Of a stretch of 64,000 nt of DNA, positions 12,368-26,669 are shown one piece after another. The notes below the pieces were generated by a model. That model saw only the letters and a program-made list of their open reading frames with translations. It did not search any database and was not told the DNA's origin. Position 1 is the first letter of the stretch. Each line of letters opens with the position of its first letter. The position numbers were made by a program, and so were the translations under genes. Origin of the DNA: Isurus oxyrinchus (taxonomy: Eukaryota); NCBI GenBank assembly GCA_026770705.1, contig JANJGN010000140.1, positions 434,001 through 498,000 on the forward strand, read 5' to 3'.

Positions 12368-15300
12368 TCCAGATTGATATAAACTGAGACAGTGCCTAGT
12401 GCAGTGATTACTAATGGAGGGTCTAGATTAGCATGAACTGAGACAGGGCCTAGTGTATTGCTTACTGATACAGTATCTAGATCAATGTAAACTGAGACAG
12501 GCTCACGTGCAGTGATAACTGATACAGGATCTAGATTAATATGAACTGAGATATGCTCAAGTGCACTGATCACAGACACAGAATTTAGATTAATATAAAC
12601 TGGGACAGTGTTTATTGATACAGGATCTTGATCAATATAAATTCAGACAATGCCCTATGTATTGATTACTGATGCAGGGCCTAGATAAATAAAAATGAGG
12701 ACAGTGGCTATTGCAAAGATTACTGATACAGTGTCTGAATCAATATAAACTGAGACAGAGCTGAGTGCAGTGATGACTGATACAGGGTCCAGATGATAAA
12801 AACTGAGGCAGTGCATAGTGCAGAGATTACTGATACAGGGCCGAGGTGAATATAAAATAGGACAGAGGCTAGTGCAGTGATTAATGATACAGGATCAGGG
12901 TCAGTATAAACTGAGGCAATGTCCATTGCAGTGATTACTGATACATGGCCTAAATTAATATGAACTGAGGCAGGGCCTAGTGCAGCGATTACTGATTTAG
13001 GGACAGATTAATATGAACTGAGGCAAGCCATAGTGCAGTGATTACTAATTCAGGATCTAGGTTGCTATAAAGTGAGACAGAGCCTTATGCAGTGATTACT
13101 GATAGATGGTCTAAGTTGAAATAAAGTGAGGCAGGGCCTAGTGCAGTGATTACTGACACAGGGAGGAGAGCAATATAAACTAGGTCAGGGGCTAGTACAG
13201 TGATTAATGATACAGGGTCTGGATTAATATAACATGAGGCAGTGTCTAGTGCAGTGATTACTGATCCAATATCTTGATAAATATAAAAATAAGATCCTGT
13301 CTAGTGCAAGTGCAGTGATTACTGGTACATGGTCTAGATTAATATGAACTGAGGCACAGCCTAGTGCAGCGATTACTGATTTAGGGTCAAGATTGATATA
13401 AACTAAGACAGGGCATATTGAATTGATTACTGATGCAGGGTTCAGGTTAATAGAAAATGAGAGAGGGCAAAGTACAATGATTATAGATTCATGGTGCAGA
13501 TTATTATAACCAGAACAGGGACAAGTGCAGTGATTACTGAAACAGGGCCTTGATTAATATAAACTGAACCAGGCTCTTGTACGGTAATCACTGATACACG
13601 GTCTGAACTAACATAACCTGAGACAAGGCCTGGTGCACTGTTCACTGACACAGGACCCAGATAAATATAACTGGGACAGGGGCTCGGGCAGTGATTACTG
13701 CTGCAGAGGCTAAATTAATATAAACTTTGATAGGGCCTAGTGCAGTGATTATTGATACAGGGTCTAGACTGATTTAAAAAAACTGAGGCAGGGCATAGTG
13801 CAGTGATTGCTGATACAGGGTACAGATTAATATAAACTGAGACAGGACCTAGATAAATATAAGCCAGGACAAGGGCTAGTGCAGTGATTAATGATACGGG
13901 ATCATGATCAATATAAACTGAGACAGTGTCCTTTGTAGTGATTACTGATACAAGATCTAGATCAATATCAATGGAGACAGGGCCTAGTGCAGAGATTACT
14001 GATACAGGGTCTTGACTGATATAAACTGAGGCAGGGCATTGTGCAGTGATGACAAATGCAGGCTCTATGTTAATATAAACTGTGACAGGGTCTCGTGCAG
14101 TGATTACTGACACATGGTCTATTTGATATAAACTGAGGGAGTGCATATTGCAGTGATACAGAGCCGAGAGCAATATATATGGAGACAGTGTTCATTGCAG
14201 TGATTGCTGATGCACGGTCTTGATTAGTGAAAACTGAGACACTGCGAAGTGCAGTGATTACAGATACAGGGTCTAGGCTGTTATAAACTGAGGCAGACCA
14301 TAGTCAGTGATTACTAATACTGGGTCCAGATAAATATAAACTGAGACAGGCCCTAGTGCAGAAAAAACTGATGCAAAGTCGAGATCAATAGAAACTGATG
14401 CAGGGTCTAATGCATTGATGATTGACACTGGGTGTAGATTAATATAACCTGAGACCGGGCCTAGTACAGTGATTACAGATGCAGGGTGGAGAATGATAAA
14501 AACTGAGGCAGGGCATATTGCAGGGATTACTGATACAGGGTCGAGATTAATCTAGATTGAGACATGGTCTGGTGTGATGCTTACCGATACAGAATCAGGA
14601 TCAATATAAACTGAGACAGGGCCCAGTGCAGTGATTACTGACACAGAGCCTAGATTAATATAAACTGAGGCAAGGTCTAGTGCACTGATAACTGATACAG
14701 TGTCCAGATCAATAAAAACTGAGATAGGTCCAAGTGCCGCGATTACTGATACAGGGCCTGGATTAATATAAACTGAGACAGGGCCAAGTGCAGTCATTAC
14801 TGATACAGGAACTAAATTAATATAAACTGAAACAGGGTCTAGTCCAGTGTTTACTGATACAGGGTCTCAATCAATATAAACTCAGACAATGCCGAGTGCA
14901 CTGATTACTGATACAGGATCTAGATTTATAAAAACTGAGGCATGTTCTAGTGCAGTGATTACAGGCACAGGATCTAGCTTAATATAAACTGAGACAGGTT
15001 CTTGTGCAGTAATTACTGATACAGGGTCTCAATCAATATAAACTCAGACAATGCCCAAGGCAGTGATTACTGATACAGGGATGAGATAAATATAAATTGA
15101 GGCAGGGCCTACTGCAGTGATTACTGATACAGGGTGTAGGTTAACAGGAACTGAGAGAGGGACAAGTGCAGTGATTATAGAGTCAGGGTGCAGATTATAA
15201 TAACCAGAACAGGGACGAGTTCAGTGATTACTGAAACAGTGTCTTGATTAATATAAACTGAGACAGGCTCTTGTGCAGTAATTACTGATCCATGGTCTGA

Positions 15301-16536
15301 ACTAACATAAACTGAGACAGGGCCTGGTGCAGTGTTCATTGATACAGGGCCTAGATAAATATAACTGGCACAGGGACTCGGGCAGTGATTACTGATACAG
15401 GGTCTAGGTTAATATAGATATTGAGATGGGGCCTAGTGCAGAGATAACTGAAACAGGGTCCAGATTCATAAAAAAAAGCTGAGGCAGGGCATGGTGCAGG
15501 GATTACTGATACTGGGCCGAGATTAATATACAGTCAGAGAGGCTCAAGTGCAGTGATTGCTGATATAGGGTCCAAATTCTTATAAAAACGTAGGATCTAA
15601 TGCAGTGATTACTGATACAGGGCCTAGATTGATATAAACTGAGACAAGGCCGAGTGCCATGATTTGTGTTACAGGATTGGGTGCGGAAAAATGGGACAGT
15701 GTCCAGTGCAGTGATTACAGGTACAGGGTCCAGATTAATTAAAACTGAGAAACAGTCCAGTGCAGTGCTTTTAGGTTCAGGGTACAAATTATTATTACTA
15801 GAACAGGGTCGGGTGCAATGATTACTGAAACAGGGTCTTGATTAATATAAACTGAGACAGGCACTTGTGCAGTGATTACTGACACAGGGTCTGAACCAAC
15901 ATAAACTGAGACATGGCCTGGTGAAGTGTTCACTGATACAGGGCCCAGATAAATATAACTGCGACAGGAGCTCTTGCAGTGATTACTGTTGCAGTGACTA
16001 AATTAATATAAACTGAGACTGGATCTAGTGCAGTGATTACTGATAGAGGGACTGGGCTAATGTAAAGTGAGACAGAGTCTTGTGCAGAGATAACAGATGT
16101 GGGACCAGGATCAATACAAACTGAGACAGGGTCTAGATCAATATCAACTGAGACAGTTTCTACTGCAGTGAATACTGATACAGGTCTTGATTAATAAAAA
16201 CTGAGACAGGGCCTAGTGCAGCGATTAATGTTACAGGGGCTAGATTAAAATCAACTGAGAGAGCCTCAAGTACAGAGATTACAGATATAGGGTCTAGATT
16301 AATATAATTTGAGACAGGTCTAGTGTAGAGATGACTGATACATGGCCTAGCTCAATATAAATTGAGGCAGTATCCAGTGCAGTGATTACTGACACGGGGT
16401 CTTGATTAATATAAACTGCGGAGGGCACAGTGCAGTGATTACTGATGCAGGCTCTAAATTAATGTAAACTGAGACAAGGCCTAGTATGGTGATTACTGAT
16501 ACAGGGTCTAGATTGATAAAAACTGAGACAGGGCAG

Positions 16537-16689
16537 AATATAATTCAAAGATTGGCTTTGTTGTAGGAGACAGAGGATGATGACAGAAGGATGCTTTAGT
16601 TACTAGAAGCCAGTGTCCAGTGGCGTAGCACAGGGATCTGTGCTGGGTCCCCTATTATTTGTCATTTATATAAACGACATAGATGGCTA
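16537..16689 (+). mobile_element. CR1 fragment, deleted duplicate of the 21937 insertion
   Basis: Same satellite/LINE junction (CAGGG[C/A]AGAATATAATTC) and CAGGGATCTGTGCTGGGTCCCC as 21937-22083. Confidence 0.85.
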
Positions 16690-19600
16690 GATTAATAGAA
16701 ATTGAGACAGGTTCTAGTGCAGTGTTTACTGATACATGGTCCTGATCAATATAAATTCAGACAATGTCCAGTGCAGTCATTACTAATACAGGGTCTAGTT
16801 CAATAGAATCTGAGACAGGGTCCAGTGCAATGAAAACTGAAGTAGGGTCAAGATTAATATAAACTCAGACAATGTCCAGTGCAGAGATTATTGATACAGG
16901 GCCGAGACAAATATAAACTGAGACTGGGCCTACTGCAGTGATTGCTGATACAGGGTCTGGATCAATAGAAACTGAGACAGTGTCCAGTGCCGTGATTACT
17001 GAAACAGGGTCTAGATTAACATAAACTGAGACAGAGCCTAGTGTGATGATTACTGATACAGGGTCTGGACGATAAAAACAGAGGCAGGGCATAGTGTAGT
17101 GATTACTGATACAGGGTCTAGATTAATGTAAACTGAGACAGAGCCTAGTGCAGTGATTTCTGATACAGGGGCTGGATCAATATAAACTGAGACAGTGTCC
17201 AGTGCAGTGATTACCGATACGGGGTCTAGATTAACATAAATTGAAACAGAGCCTAGTGTGATGATTACTGATACAGAGTCTAGATTAATATAAAATGAGA
17301 CAGAGCCTAGTGCAGTGATTACTGATGCAGGCCCAAGGTAAATATAAAGCAGGACAGAGGCTAGTGCATTGATCAATGATACAGGATCAGGGTCAATATA
17401 AACTGAGACAGTGTCCATTGAAGTAATTACTGATACATGGCCTAAATTAATATGAACTGAGGCGGGCCATATTGCAGTAATTACTGAACAAGGCTCTAGG
17501 GCTAATATAAACTGAGACAGGGTCTAGTGCAGTGATTACTGCTACATGATCTAGATCAATATAAACTGAGACAGTGTCCAGTGCAGTGATTACTGATACA
17601 GGGTCTAGATTAATATAAACTGAGACAGACCCTAGTGTGATGATTACTGATACAGGGTCTAGATGATAAAAACAGAGGCAGGGTATAGTGCAGTGATTAC
17701 TGATACAAGGTCTAGATTAATGTAAACTGAGACAGAGCCTAGTGCAGTGATTACTGATGCAGGGCCAAGGTAAATATAATGCAGGACAGAGGGTAGTGCA
17801 TTGATTAATGATACAGGATCAGGGTCAATATAAACTGAGACAGTGTCCATTGAAGTAATTACTGATACATGGCCTAAATTAATATGAACTGAGGCAGGCC
17901 ATATTGCAGTAATTACTGAACAAGGCTCTAGGGCTAATATAAACTGAGACAGGGTCTAGTGCAGTGATTACTGATACATGGTCTAGATCAATATAAATTG
18001 AGGCAGTGTCCAGTGGAGTGATTACTGACACGGGGTCTTGATTAATATAAACTGAGATGGGGTCTAGTGCAGTGATTCCTGATACAGGCTTTAGCTTGAC
18101 AGAAACTGAGACAGGGCATTGTGCAGTGATTACTGATCCATGGTCTAGATAAGTATAAACTGGGACAGGGGCTAGAACAGTGATTACTGTTACAGTGTCT
18201 GGACTAAAATAGATGGAGGCATTCTCTAGATCTGTCATTACTGATACAGGTTCTGGACTCATTTAAACTGAGATAAGGTCTAGTGCAGTGAATACTGATA
18301 CAGGATATGGATTGATATAAACTGATTCTGGGTCTAGTGCAGTGATTACTGGCACAGCGTCCAGATCAATATAAACAGAGACAGGGACTAGTGCAGTGAT
18401 TACTGATCCAGGATATGGATTGATATAAACTGATGTTGGGTCTAGTGCAGTGATTACTGGCACAGCGTCCAGATCAGTATAAACAGAGACGGTTGACATA
18501 AATATATATTGGGATAAGGGCCAGTGCAGTGATTACTGGCACAAGGTCTGGACTCATATAAATGGAGACAAGGTCCAGCGAAGTTATTACTGATAAAGGA
18601 CCTGGATTGATATAAACTAAGGCAGGCCATAGTACAGTGACTAGTGTTGCAGGGCCAAGATAAATAAAATCGAGGACAGCGGCTAGTGCAGTGATTACCG
18701 CTACGGGATCTAGAACAATATAAAGTGAGGGTGCTCATTGCACTGATTATTATACAGGGTTTGATTTATATAAAATGAGACAGGCTCTAATGCCAGGATT
18801 ACTGATACAGGGTCTGGATCAATATAAACTGAGACAGTGGCCAGTGCAGTGATTATTGATACAGGGTCTAGATTAATGTAAAATGAGATAGTGCCATGAT
18901 TACTAATACAGGGTCTAGATGATAAAAATGGAGGCAGGGCATAGTGCAGTGATTACTGATGCAGGGTCGAGGTGAATATAAACTAGGACAGAGGCTAGTG
19001 CATTGATTAATGATACAGGATCAATATCAATATAAACTGAGACAGTGTCCATTGCACTGATTACTGATGCATGGCCTAAATTAATATGAACTGAGTCAGG
19101 GCGCAGTGCAGCAGTTACTGATTTAGGGTCTAGATTAATATGAACTGAGGCAAGCCATATTGCAGTGATTACTGTCACAGGGACTAGATTAACATAAACT
19201 AGGACAGGGGATAGCGCAGTGATTAATGATACAGGATCAGGGTCAATATAAACTGAAACAGTGTCCATTGAAGCGATTACAGTTACGGGGTGTACATCAG
19301 TATAAAATGAGACAGTGTCTAGGGCAGTGATTACTGATCCTAGGTCTTGATAAAAATAAAACTGAGATAGTGATTAGTGCAGTGATTACTGATACATGGT
19401 CTCGATTAATATGAACTGAGGCATGGCCTAGTGCAGCGATTACTGATTTAGGGTCTAGATTGATATAAACTAAAGTAGGGAAAATTGCAGTAATTGCTGA
19501 TACAGGGATGAGATTGACATAAACTGAGGCAGGGCATATTGCAGTGATTACTGGTACAGGGTATGGGTTAATAGAAACTGAGTGAGGGCCCAGTGCAATG

Positions 19601-21936
19601 ATTATAGATTCAGGGTGCAGATTATTATAACCAGAACAGGGACAAGTGCAGTGATTTCTGAAACAGGGCCTTGATTAATATAAACTGAGACAGGCACTTG
19701 TACAGTAATTACTGATACACGGTCTGAACTAACATAACCTGAGACAGGGCCTGGTGCAGTGTTCACTGACACAGGGCCCAGATAAATATAACTGGGACAG
19801 GGGCTCGGGCAGTGATTACTGCTGCAGGGACTAAATTAATGTAAACTGAGATAGGTCTAGTGCAGTGATTACTGATACAGGGTCTCGATTGATAAACAAA
19901 ATGACGCCTGGCATATTGCACAGCATCTAGCTTAATATAAACTGCGGCAGGGCCGAGTGCATTGATTACTGACACATGGTCTCAATCAATATGAACTTAG
20001 ACAATGTCCTGTGCAGCGATTACTGATGCAGAGCTAGATTAATATAAACTGAGGCAGGGCCTCATGCAGTGATAATTGATACAAGGTCTAGATTAATAGA
20101 AACAGAGAGAGGGCCAAGTGCACTGAATACGGATAGAGGGTCTAAATTGATATAGACTGAGGTAGGCCATATTGCTGTAATTACTGATACAGTGTCCCGA
20201 TCAATATAAACTGAGATAGGTCCAGGTGCAGTGATTACTGATACGGGTCTGGATTAATATAAAGTGAGACAGGGCCTTGTGCAGTCATTACTGATACAAG
20301 GTCTAGATTAATATAACCTGAGACGGGGCTTATTGCAATTATTACTGATAGATGGTCTGGACTAATTTAAACTGAGGCAGGCCATAGTGCAGTGATGACT
20401 GATACAGGATCTAGATTAATATAAACTGAGACAGGGTCTAGCACAGTGTTTATTAATACAGTGTCTCAATCAGCATAACTCAGACAATGCTGAGTGCAGT
20501 GATTACTGATACAGGATCCAGATTAATGTAAACTGAGGCATGTTCTAGTGTAGTGATTACAAGCACAGGATCTAGCTTAATATAAACTGAGACAGGTTCT
20601 TGTGCAGTAATTACTGATACAGGGTCTCAATCAATACAAACTCAGACAATGTCTAATGCAGTCATTACTGATACAGGGCCAAGATAAATATGACCTGAGG
20701 CAGGGCCTACTGCAGTGATTACTGATACAAGGTCTAGGTTAATAGAAACTGAGAGAGGGCCAAGTGCAGTGATTATAGATTCAGTGTGCAGTTTATTATA
20801 ACCAGAACAGGGACGAGTGCAGTGATTACTGAAAAAGGGGCTTGATTAATATAAACTGAGACAGACCCTTGTATAGTAATTACTGATACACGGTCTGGAC
20901 TAACATAAACTGAGAAATGGCCTGGTGAAGTGTTAATTGATATAGGGCCTAGATAAATATAACTGGGTTGAGGCAGTGATAACTGATACAGGGTCTAGAT
21001 TGATAAAAGAAAACCTCAGGCAGGACATAGTGCAGGGATTACTGATACCGGGCCGAGATTAATATAAACTCAGAGAGTGTCAAGTGCAGTGATTACTGGC
21101 ATAAGGTCCAAACTGATATAAAATGACTTGCGTCTAGTGTAGTGATTACTGGTATAGGGTCTAGATTGATATAAACTGAGACAAGGCCTGGTGCCAGGAT
21201 TTGTGTTACAGGGTTGGATGCATATAAAATGGGACAGGGCCTAGTGCAGTGATTACAGGTACAGGCTTTAGATTAATATAAACTGAGAAGCAGTCCAGTG
21301 CAGTGCTTTTAGGTTCAGGGTGCAAATTATTAATACCAGAACAGGGTCGAATGCAGTGATTACTGAAACAGGGTCTTGATTAATATAAACTGAGACAGGC
21401 TCTTGTGCAGTAATTACTGATGCAGGGTCTGAATCAACATAAATTGAGACAGAGCCTGGTGAAATGTCCACTGGTACAGGGCCTAGATAAATACAGTTGG
21501 GACAGGAGATCTTGCAGTGATGACTGCTGCAGGGACTAAATTAATATAAACTGAGACAGGGTCTGTTGCAATGATTACTGATACAGGGTTTAGATCAAAG
21601 TCAACTGAGACAATGTCCATTGCAGTGATTACTGATCCAGGGTCTTGATTGATAAAAACTGAGACAGGACCTAGTGCAGTAAGTAATGTTACAGGGTCTA
21701 GATTAATATAAACTGAGAGAGCCTCAAGTGCAGAAAATACAGATACAGGATCTAGATTATTATATTCTGAGACAGATCTAGTGCAGAGACTACTGATACA
21801 TGGTCTAGCTCAATATAAACTGTGGCAGGGCACAGTGCAGTGATTACTGATGCTCTAAAGTAATGTAAGGAAGACAACGTCTAGTACGGTGATTACAGAT
21901 ACAGGGTCTAGATTGATAAAAACTGAGGCAGGGAAG

Positions 21937-23024
21937 AATATAATTCTAAAATTGGATTAGTTCTAGGAGACAGAGGGTGATGACAGAAAGACGCTTTAGT
22001 GACTGGAAGCCAGGGTCCAGTACCACAGGGATCTGTGCTGGGTCCCCGATTATTTGTTATTAATATAAACGAAAGTAGATGCCTACATGTGGGGTAGGAT
22101 TAGTAAGTTTGCGGAGGATACAGAGATTGGCCGGTTGGTTAACAGTGATGTTGAGTGTTTTGGGCTACAGGAAGATATAGATGGAATGGTCAAATGGGCA
22201 GATAAGTGGCAGATGGAATTTAGCACTGAAAAGTACGAGGTGATACATCTTTGAAGGAGTAATTTGACTAGGAAATATTCAATGAATGGGATGACACTAG
22301 GAAGTTCTGAGGAACAAAGGGACCTTGGCGTGTGTGTCCATAGGTCTCTGAAGGCGGAGGGGCATCTTAGTGGGGTGGTGAAAAAGGCATATGAGACAGT
22401 TGCCTTTATCAATCGAGGCATAGATTACAAAAGTAGGAAGGCCATGTTGGACTTGTATGGAACCTTGGTGAGGTCACAGCTTGAGTACCATATGCAGTTC
22501 TGGTCGCCACATTATAGGAAGGATGTGATGCACTGGAGAGGGTGCAGAGGAGATTCACCAGGATGTTGCCTGGTATGAAACATTTAAGTTATAAAGAGAG
22601 GTTGGGTTGTTTTCATTGGAGCAGAGAAGACTGAGGGGAGACCTGATCGAGGTGTACAAGATTATGAGGGGTGTGGACAGAGTGAATAGGGAGCAGCTGT
22701 TGCCCATAGTTGAAGGGTCAGTCACAAGGAGACATAAGTTCAAGGTGAGGGGCAGGAGGTTTAGGGGGCTTTTGAGGAAAACCTTTTTTACCCAGAGGGT
22801 GGTGATGGTCTGGAATGTGCTGCCTGGTAGGGTGGTGGAGGTGGGTTGCCTTACATCCTTTAAAAAGTACTTGGATGAGCACTTGGCACATCATAACATT
22901 CAAGGCTATGGGCCAAGTGCTATAAATGGGATTAGGCAGGTAGGTCAGGTGTTTTTCACGTGTCTGTGCAGACTCGATGGGCCAAAGGGCCTCTTCTGCA
23001 CTGTGTGATTCTGTGATTCTGTGA
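21937..23024 (+). mobile_element. CR1 LINE, 5'-truncated, with (GATTCTGT)n 3' tail
   Basis: ORFs 22264-22578 and 22607-23008 (LEQRRLRGDLIEVYKIM); tail GTGATTCTGTGATTCTGTGA. Confidence 0.92.
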
Positions 23025-23774
23025 TAGTATAAACTGATTACTGATACAGGTCTAGATCAATATCAAGTGAGACAGTGTCTAGTGCAGTGATTACTGACAC
23101 AGAATCTAGATTAATACAAACTGTGGCAGGGCCGGGTGCTGTGATTACTGACACAGGGACGAGATTATTATAAACTAGGACAGGGGCTAGTGCAGGAATT
23201 AATGATACAGGATCAGGATCAATATAAACTGAGACAGGTGTAGTAATTAATGATACAGGATCGGGATCAATATAAACTGAGGCAGTGTCCTTTCCAATGA
23301 TTACTGTTAGAAGGTCTGGACTAATATAAACTGAATCAGGGCCTAGAGCAGTCATTACTAATACAGGGTCAAGATTAATAGAAACTGAGACAGGGTCCAG
23401 TGCAGTGTTTACTGATACATGGTCCTGATCAATATAAATTCGGACAATGTCCAGTGCAGTCATTACTAATTCAGGGTCGAGATTAATAGAAACTGAGACA
23501 GGGCCTAGTGCAGTGGTTACTGATGCAGGGTGTAGATTAACATAAACTCAGACAATGTCCAGTGCAGAGATGACTGACACAGGGTCTAGATTAATGTAAA
23601 CTGAGACAGGGTCCACTGCAGCGATTAATGATACAGGGTCTAAATTAATATAAACTGAGACAGTGTCTAGTGCAGTGATTCCTGATATATGGTCTGGACT
23701 AGAATAAACTGAGACAGGGCCAAGTGCAAGAATTAATTCATCATTGATGCCCATATCCCAAGAACGAATTAAAA

Positions 23775-23885
23775 CACTGCAAAATACTGCGGGTTCCGGA
23801 AATCTAAAGCAGGGCAAAATATAACCACTCAGCAGGTCAGTGGGCATCAATAGAGAGAAAAACAGGTCAAACGTTCAGGCCAATG
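23775..23885 (-). mobile_element. Penelope-like terminal fragment
   Basis: GCAAAATACTGCGG..GGAAATCTAAA...ACTCAGCAGGTC..GCATC..GAGAGAAAAAC is the reverse complement of the 12260-12365 terminus. Confidence 0.6.
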
Positions 23886-24999
23886 ACAGATGCAAAATCT
23901 CCCTTGGTACCAATCTATAGAGCAGGACTGTTCTCCCCACTATGCTAGTCCAGTATTCATTCTTCAACTAAAATCACATATTATCTCATCATTTTTTGCA
24001 GCTCTATTCGTGGGAGCTTGCTGTGCACAAATCACCGGATGGATTTCCAATATTACAGCAGTGACTAAACTTCAACAAATGTACATCAGCGAATTTCAAG
24101 GGCTTTAGGATTTCATGGGGTCGTAAGCAGCGTTCTATAAATGTAAATTCTTCCTAAATGTTAATATTTAAAAATGCTGGTTGTGATATGTTGAAAACTT
24201 TGAGATTAATATGAATAGGTCGCTCCTGTGGCTGCTATTTTAAATTGTCCATTTTTAATTGGTTAAATCTTCCAACAAATTGACATTGAGTGTAATCCCA
24301 GCCTGTTCAAATATTCATCATTGATTGTGACAATAGAACTTTCAGAATTGAATTATTAATTTAAATGTATTTTTAATTATTTGAAATAAATAACATCTGT
24401 TCTAATGGATGTTGAAAATGTTTCTATTAATTTTATACCAACTGTCAATATTCTTAAAATAAACTCTTGTTTTGAGTTGAAACCAATCAATAAGTGTCTG
24501 TGTTTATCTGGTTTTGCTGCCATGAACACTTAATTGAAATCAGTGAGGCGTTTATGTAAATAAACACAGAAATAGAAGTCCCAGATTAGATTCCGGAGAC
24601 ACAAAAGCACAGTAAATATTTCCCCATCAACATAGCACAAAAATAGAGTCAAACATGCAAATACATCAACCGATTTCAGTAGCAATTGTTTTTTGGGCAT
24701 TTTTAAAATCAGTTAAATGAGAATTATGTCACGATGATATCTCTGTTCAGAATTAAGTAAGATTCCCACTTATCATGAAATATAATGTCATGGCAAATGT
24801 GTTTGTAGGGATGTCCTGTATCCTCTCTCTCTGTCTCTTTCTCCTCTCTGGTACTTTGTCTTGTCTCTCCACCATGGGTCACTGTCTTTACTCCACAACA
24901 TGAAGTCAATGTCTAGCCAATATATTTTCTCAGCCCGGTTCATACACTTCAAACTAAATTGATCTAGTGAAATGGATTATAATCCATAGAGGGAACTTT

Positions 25000-25920
25000 A
25001 TTCTAAATCTGTTTTGAGCATTCACTGACTTGAGAGTGCTTGGTGGGAAACTGCAGATGAAACTACTCTGTATCTAACCTGTGTTGCAGCCAGTAGCGTA
25101 GATTTGATGTGGCCGTGCCGAAGGATCTTTCCCTGTATCTAACCCGTGCTGTTCCTGCCTTTGGAGTGTCTGATGGAGTGTAGAGGGAGCTTTACTTTGC
25201 ACCTAACCTGCACTGTGACTGCCCTGGGAGTGTTTGATACGACTGTGTAGAGGGAGATTTACTCTGTATCTAAACTGTGCTATACCTGGCCTGGGAGTAA
25301 TTGATTGGGTAGTTTAGAGGGAGTGTTACTCTGCATCTAAACCATGCTATATTTGACATGGCTGTAGACACTGTAGAGGGGGATTTGCCCCTATCTAAGC
25401 CCTGGAAATATCTGATGTGATGGTGCAGAGGCAGCTTTCCTCTTTACCTGCCCCTAGTGCCGAGCTTCCTGGGAAATGTCTGATGAAGAGTGCAGAGGAA
25501 ACCTTACACTGCATAGAATCCTTACCCTTACATGCCTCAACTGTGTTTGAGCGAACAATGTAGAGGAGGTTTTACCCTGTTTCTGAACTGTGCTGCACCT
25601 GCCCTGGAATGTTTGATGGTGACAGTGTCGAGGGAGATTCACTCTGAATCTAACCCATGCTATACCTGCATTGGGAGATTTTCATGTGGCAATGCAGAGG
25701 GAACTTTACATCATTAATGTAGCCCCATGCTACACCTGCCCTGGGGCTGTTTGGTGGAGCCGTGGGCCTTGTCTATGCATTACACTAGACCGTGTCCAAC
25801 CGTATCTAACCCGTGCTGTACCTGCCCTGGGAGTGTTCAATGTGACAATGTAGAGGTAGCTTTAATTTCTGTGACTAGACCCATGCTGCATCTGTCCTGG
25901 GAGTGTTTGATGGGAAAGTA
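25000..25920 (+). repeat. ~67-bp tandem repeat
   Basis: Units like CTCTGTATCTAACCCGTGCTGTACCTGCCCTGGGAGTGTTTGATG...GTAGAGGGAGCTTTA at ~25065, 25131, 25194, 25261, 25328 etc. Confidence 0.85.
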
Positions 25921-26470
25921 GACCCTGTCTTGATATTGCATTCGACCGTGACCCTGTCTCTGTTTATATTGCAGTCGACCCTGCCTCTGTTTGTATTACA
26001 CTAGGCCCTGTTCCTGTTCATGTTGCACCCAACATGTCTCTGTTTATATTGCACTAGACAGTGTCTCTGTTTACATTGAACTAGGCCCTGCCCCTGTTTA
26101 TATGACACTCAACATGTCTCTTTATATTATATTCGACCTGCCTCTGTTTATATTGCATGAGACGCTGTCTCTGTTTATATTGCACTAGGCCCTGCCCCGG
26201 TTTATATTACACTAGACCCTGTTTCTGTTTATGTTACACTAGACCCTGTCTCTATTTATTTTACACTGGACGCCGTTTCTGTTTATATTACTCTAGATCC
26301 TGTCCTTGCTTCTATTAAACAAGCCCTGTCTCTGTTTATATTATAATTGACCTGTCTCTGTATATATTAATCTAGAACTGTCTCTGTATTTCAGTAGCCA
26401 CTGTCTCAGTTCTGTGCTAGATCATATCTGTATTTAAATTACATTAGACCCTGCCTCTGTTATTACTGCA
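25920..26470 (-). repeat. Homogeneous single-monomer 27-bp satellite array
   Basis: GACCCTGTCTCTGTTTATATTACACTA repeated about 20 times. Confidence 0.9.
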
Positions 26471-26669
26471 CTGCACACGTGCAATAATATGGAAATTGGC
26501 TGGGGTGGAAATAGTGAAGATAAGGCAGCAAGATGGTGGGAACAATTAACATGGGTGCCTATTTAGATGTTATAACTTGTCCTACCTGCATCCCAGATTT
26601 GTGTTCATGATCTGCAGACCTCTCTTTTTTGCAGCTGTTTAAATTAAACAATTTAACTCCTATTTTCAG

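Larger units (their letters stand above)
10850..23730 (+). repeat. Main satellite array: alternating 27-bp monomers forming a 54-bp dimer, interrupted by Penelope and CR1 insertions
   Basis: Monomers TAGTGCAGTGATTACTGATACAGGGTC and TAGATTAATATAAACTGAGACAGGGTC alternate; minus-strand translation gives the 18-aa repeat DPVSVITALDPVSVYINL. Confidence 0.95.

Noticed and set aside
10850-23730. CRISPR-like array or RSS array (CAGTG/CACTG in each dimer)
   Set aside because: No unique spacers and a eukaryotic context; the satellite consensus has no CACAGTG heptamer with a nonamer at 12 or 23 nt.
12334-23850. Many minus-strand ORFs with DPVSVITAL/DPVSVYINL repeats suggesting a repeat protein
   Set aside because: By-product of a 27-bp (3n) satellite; frequent stops and frameshifts, no exon structure.
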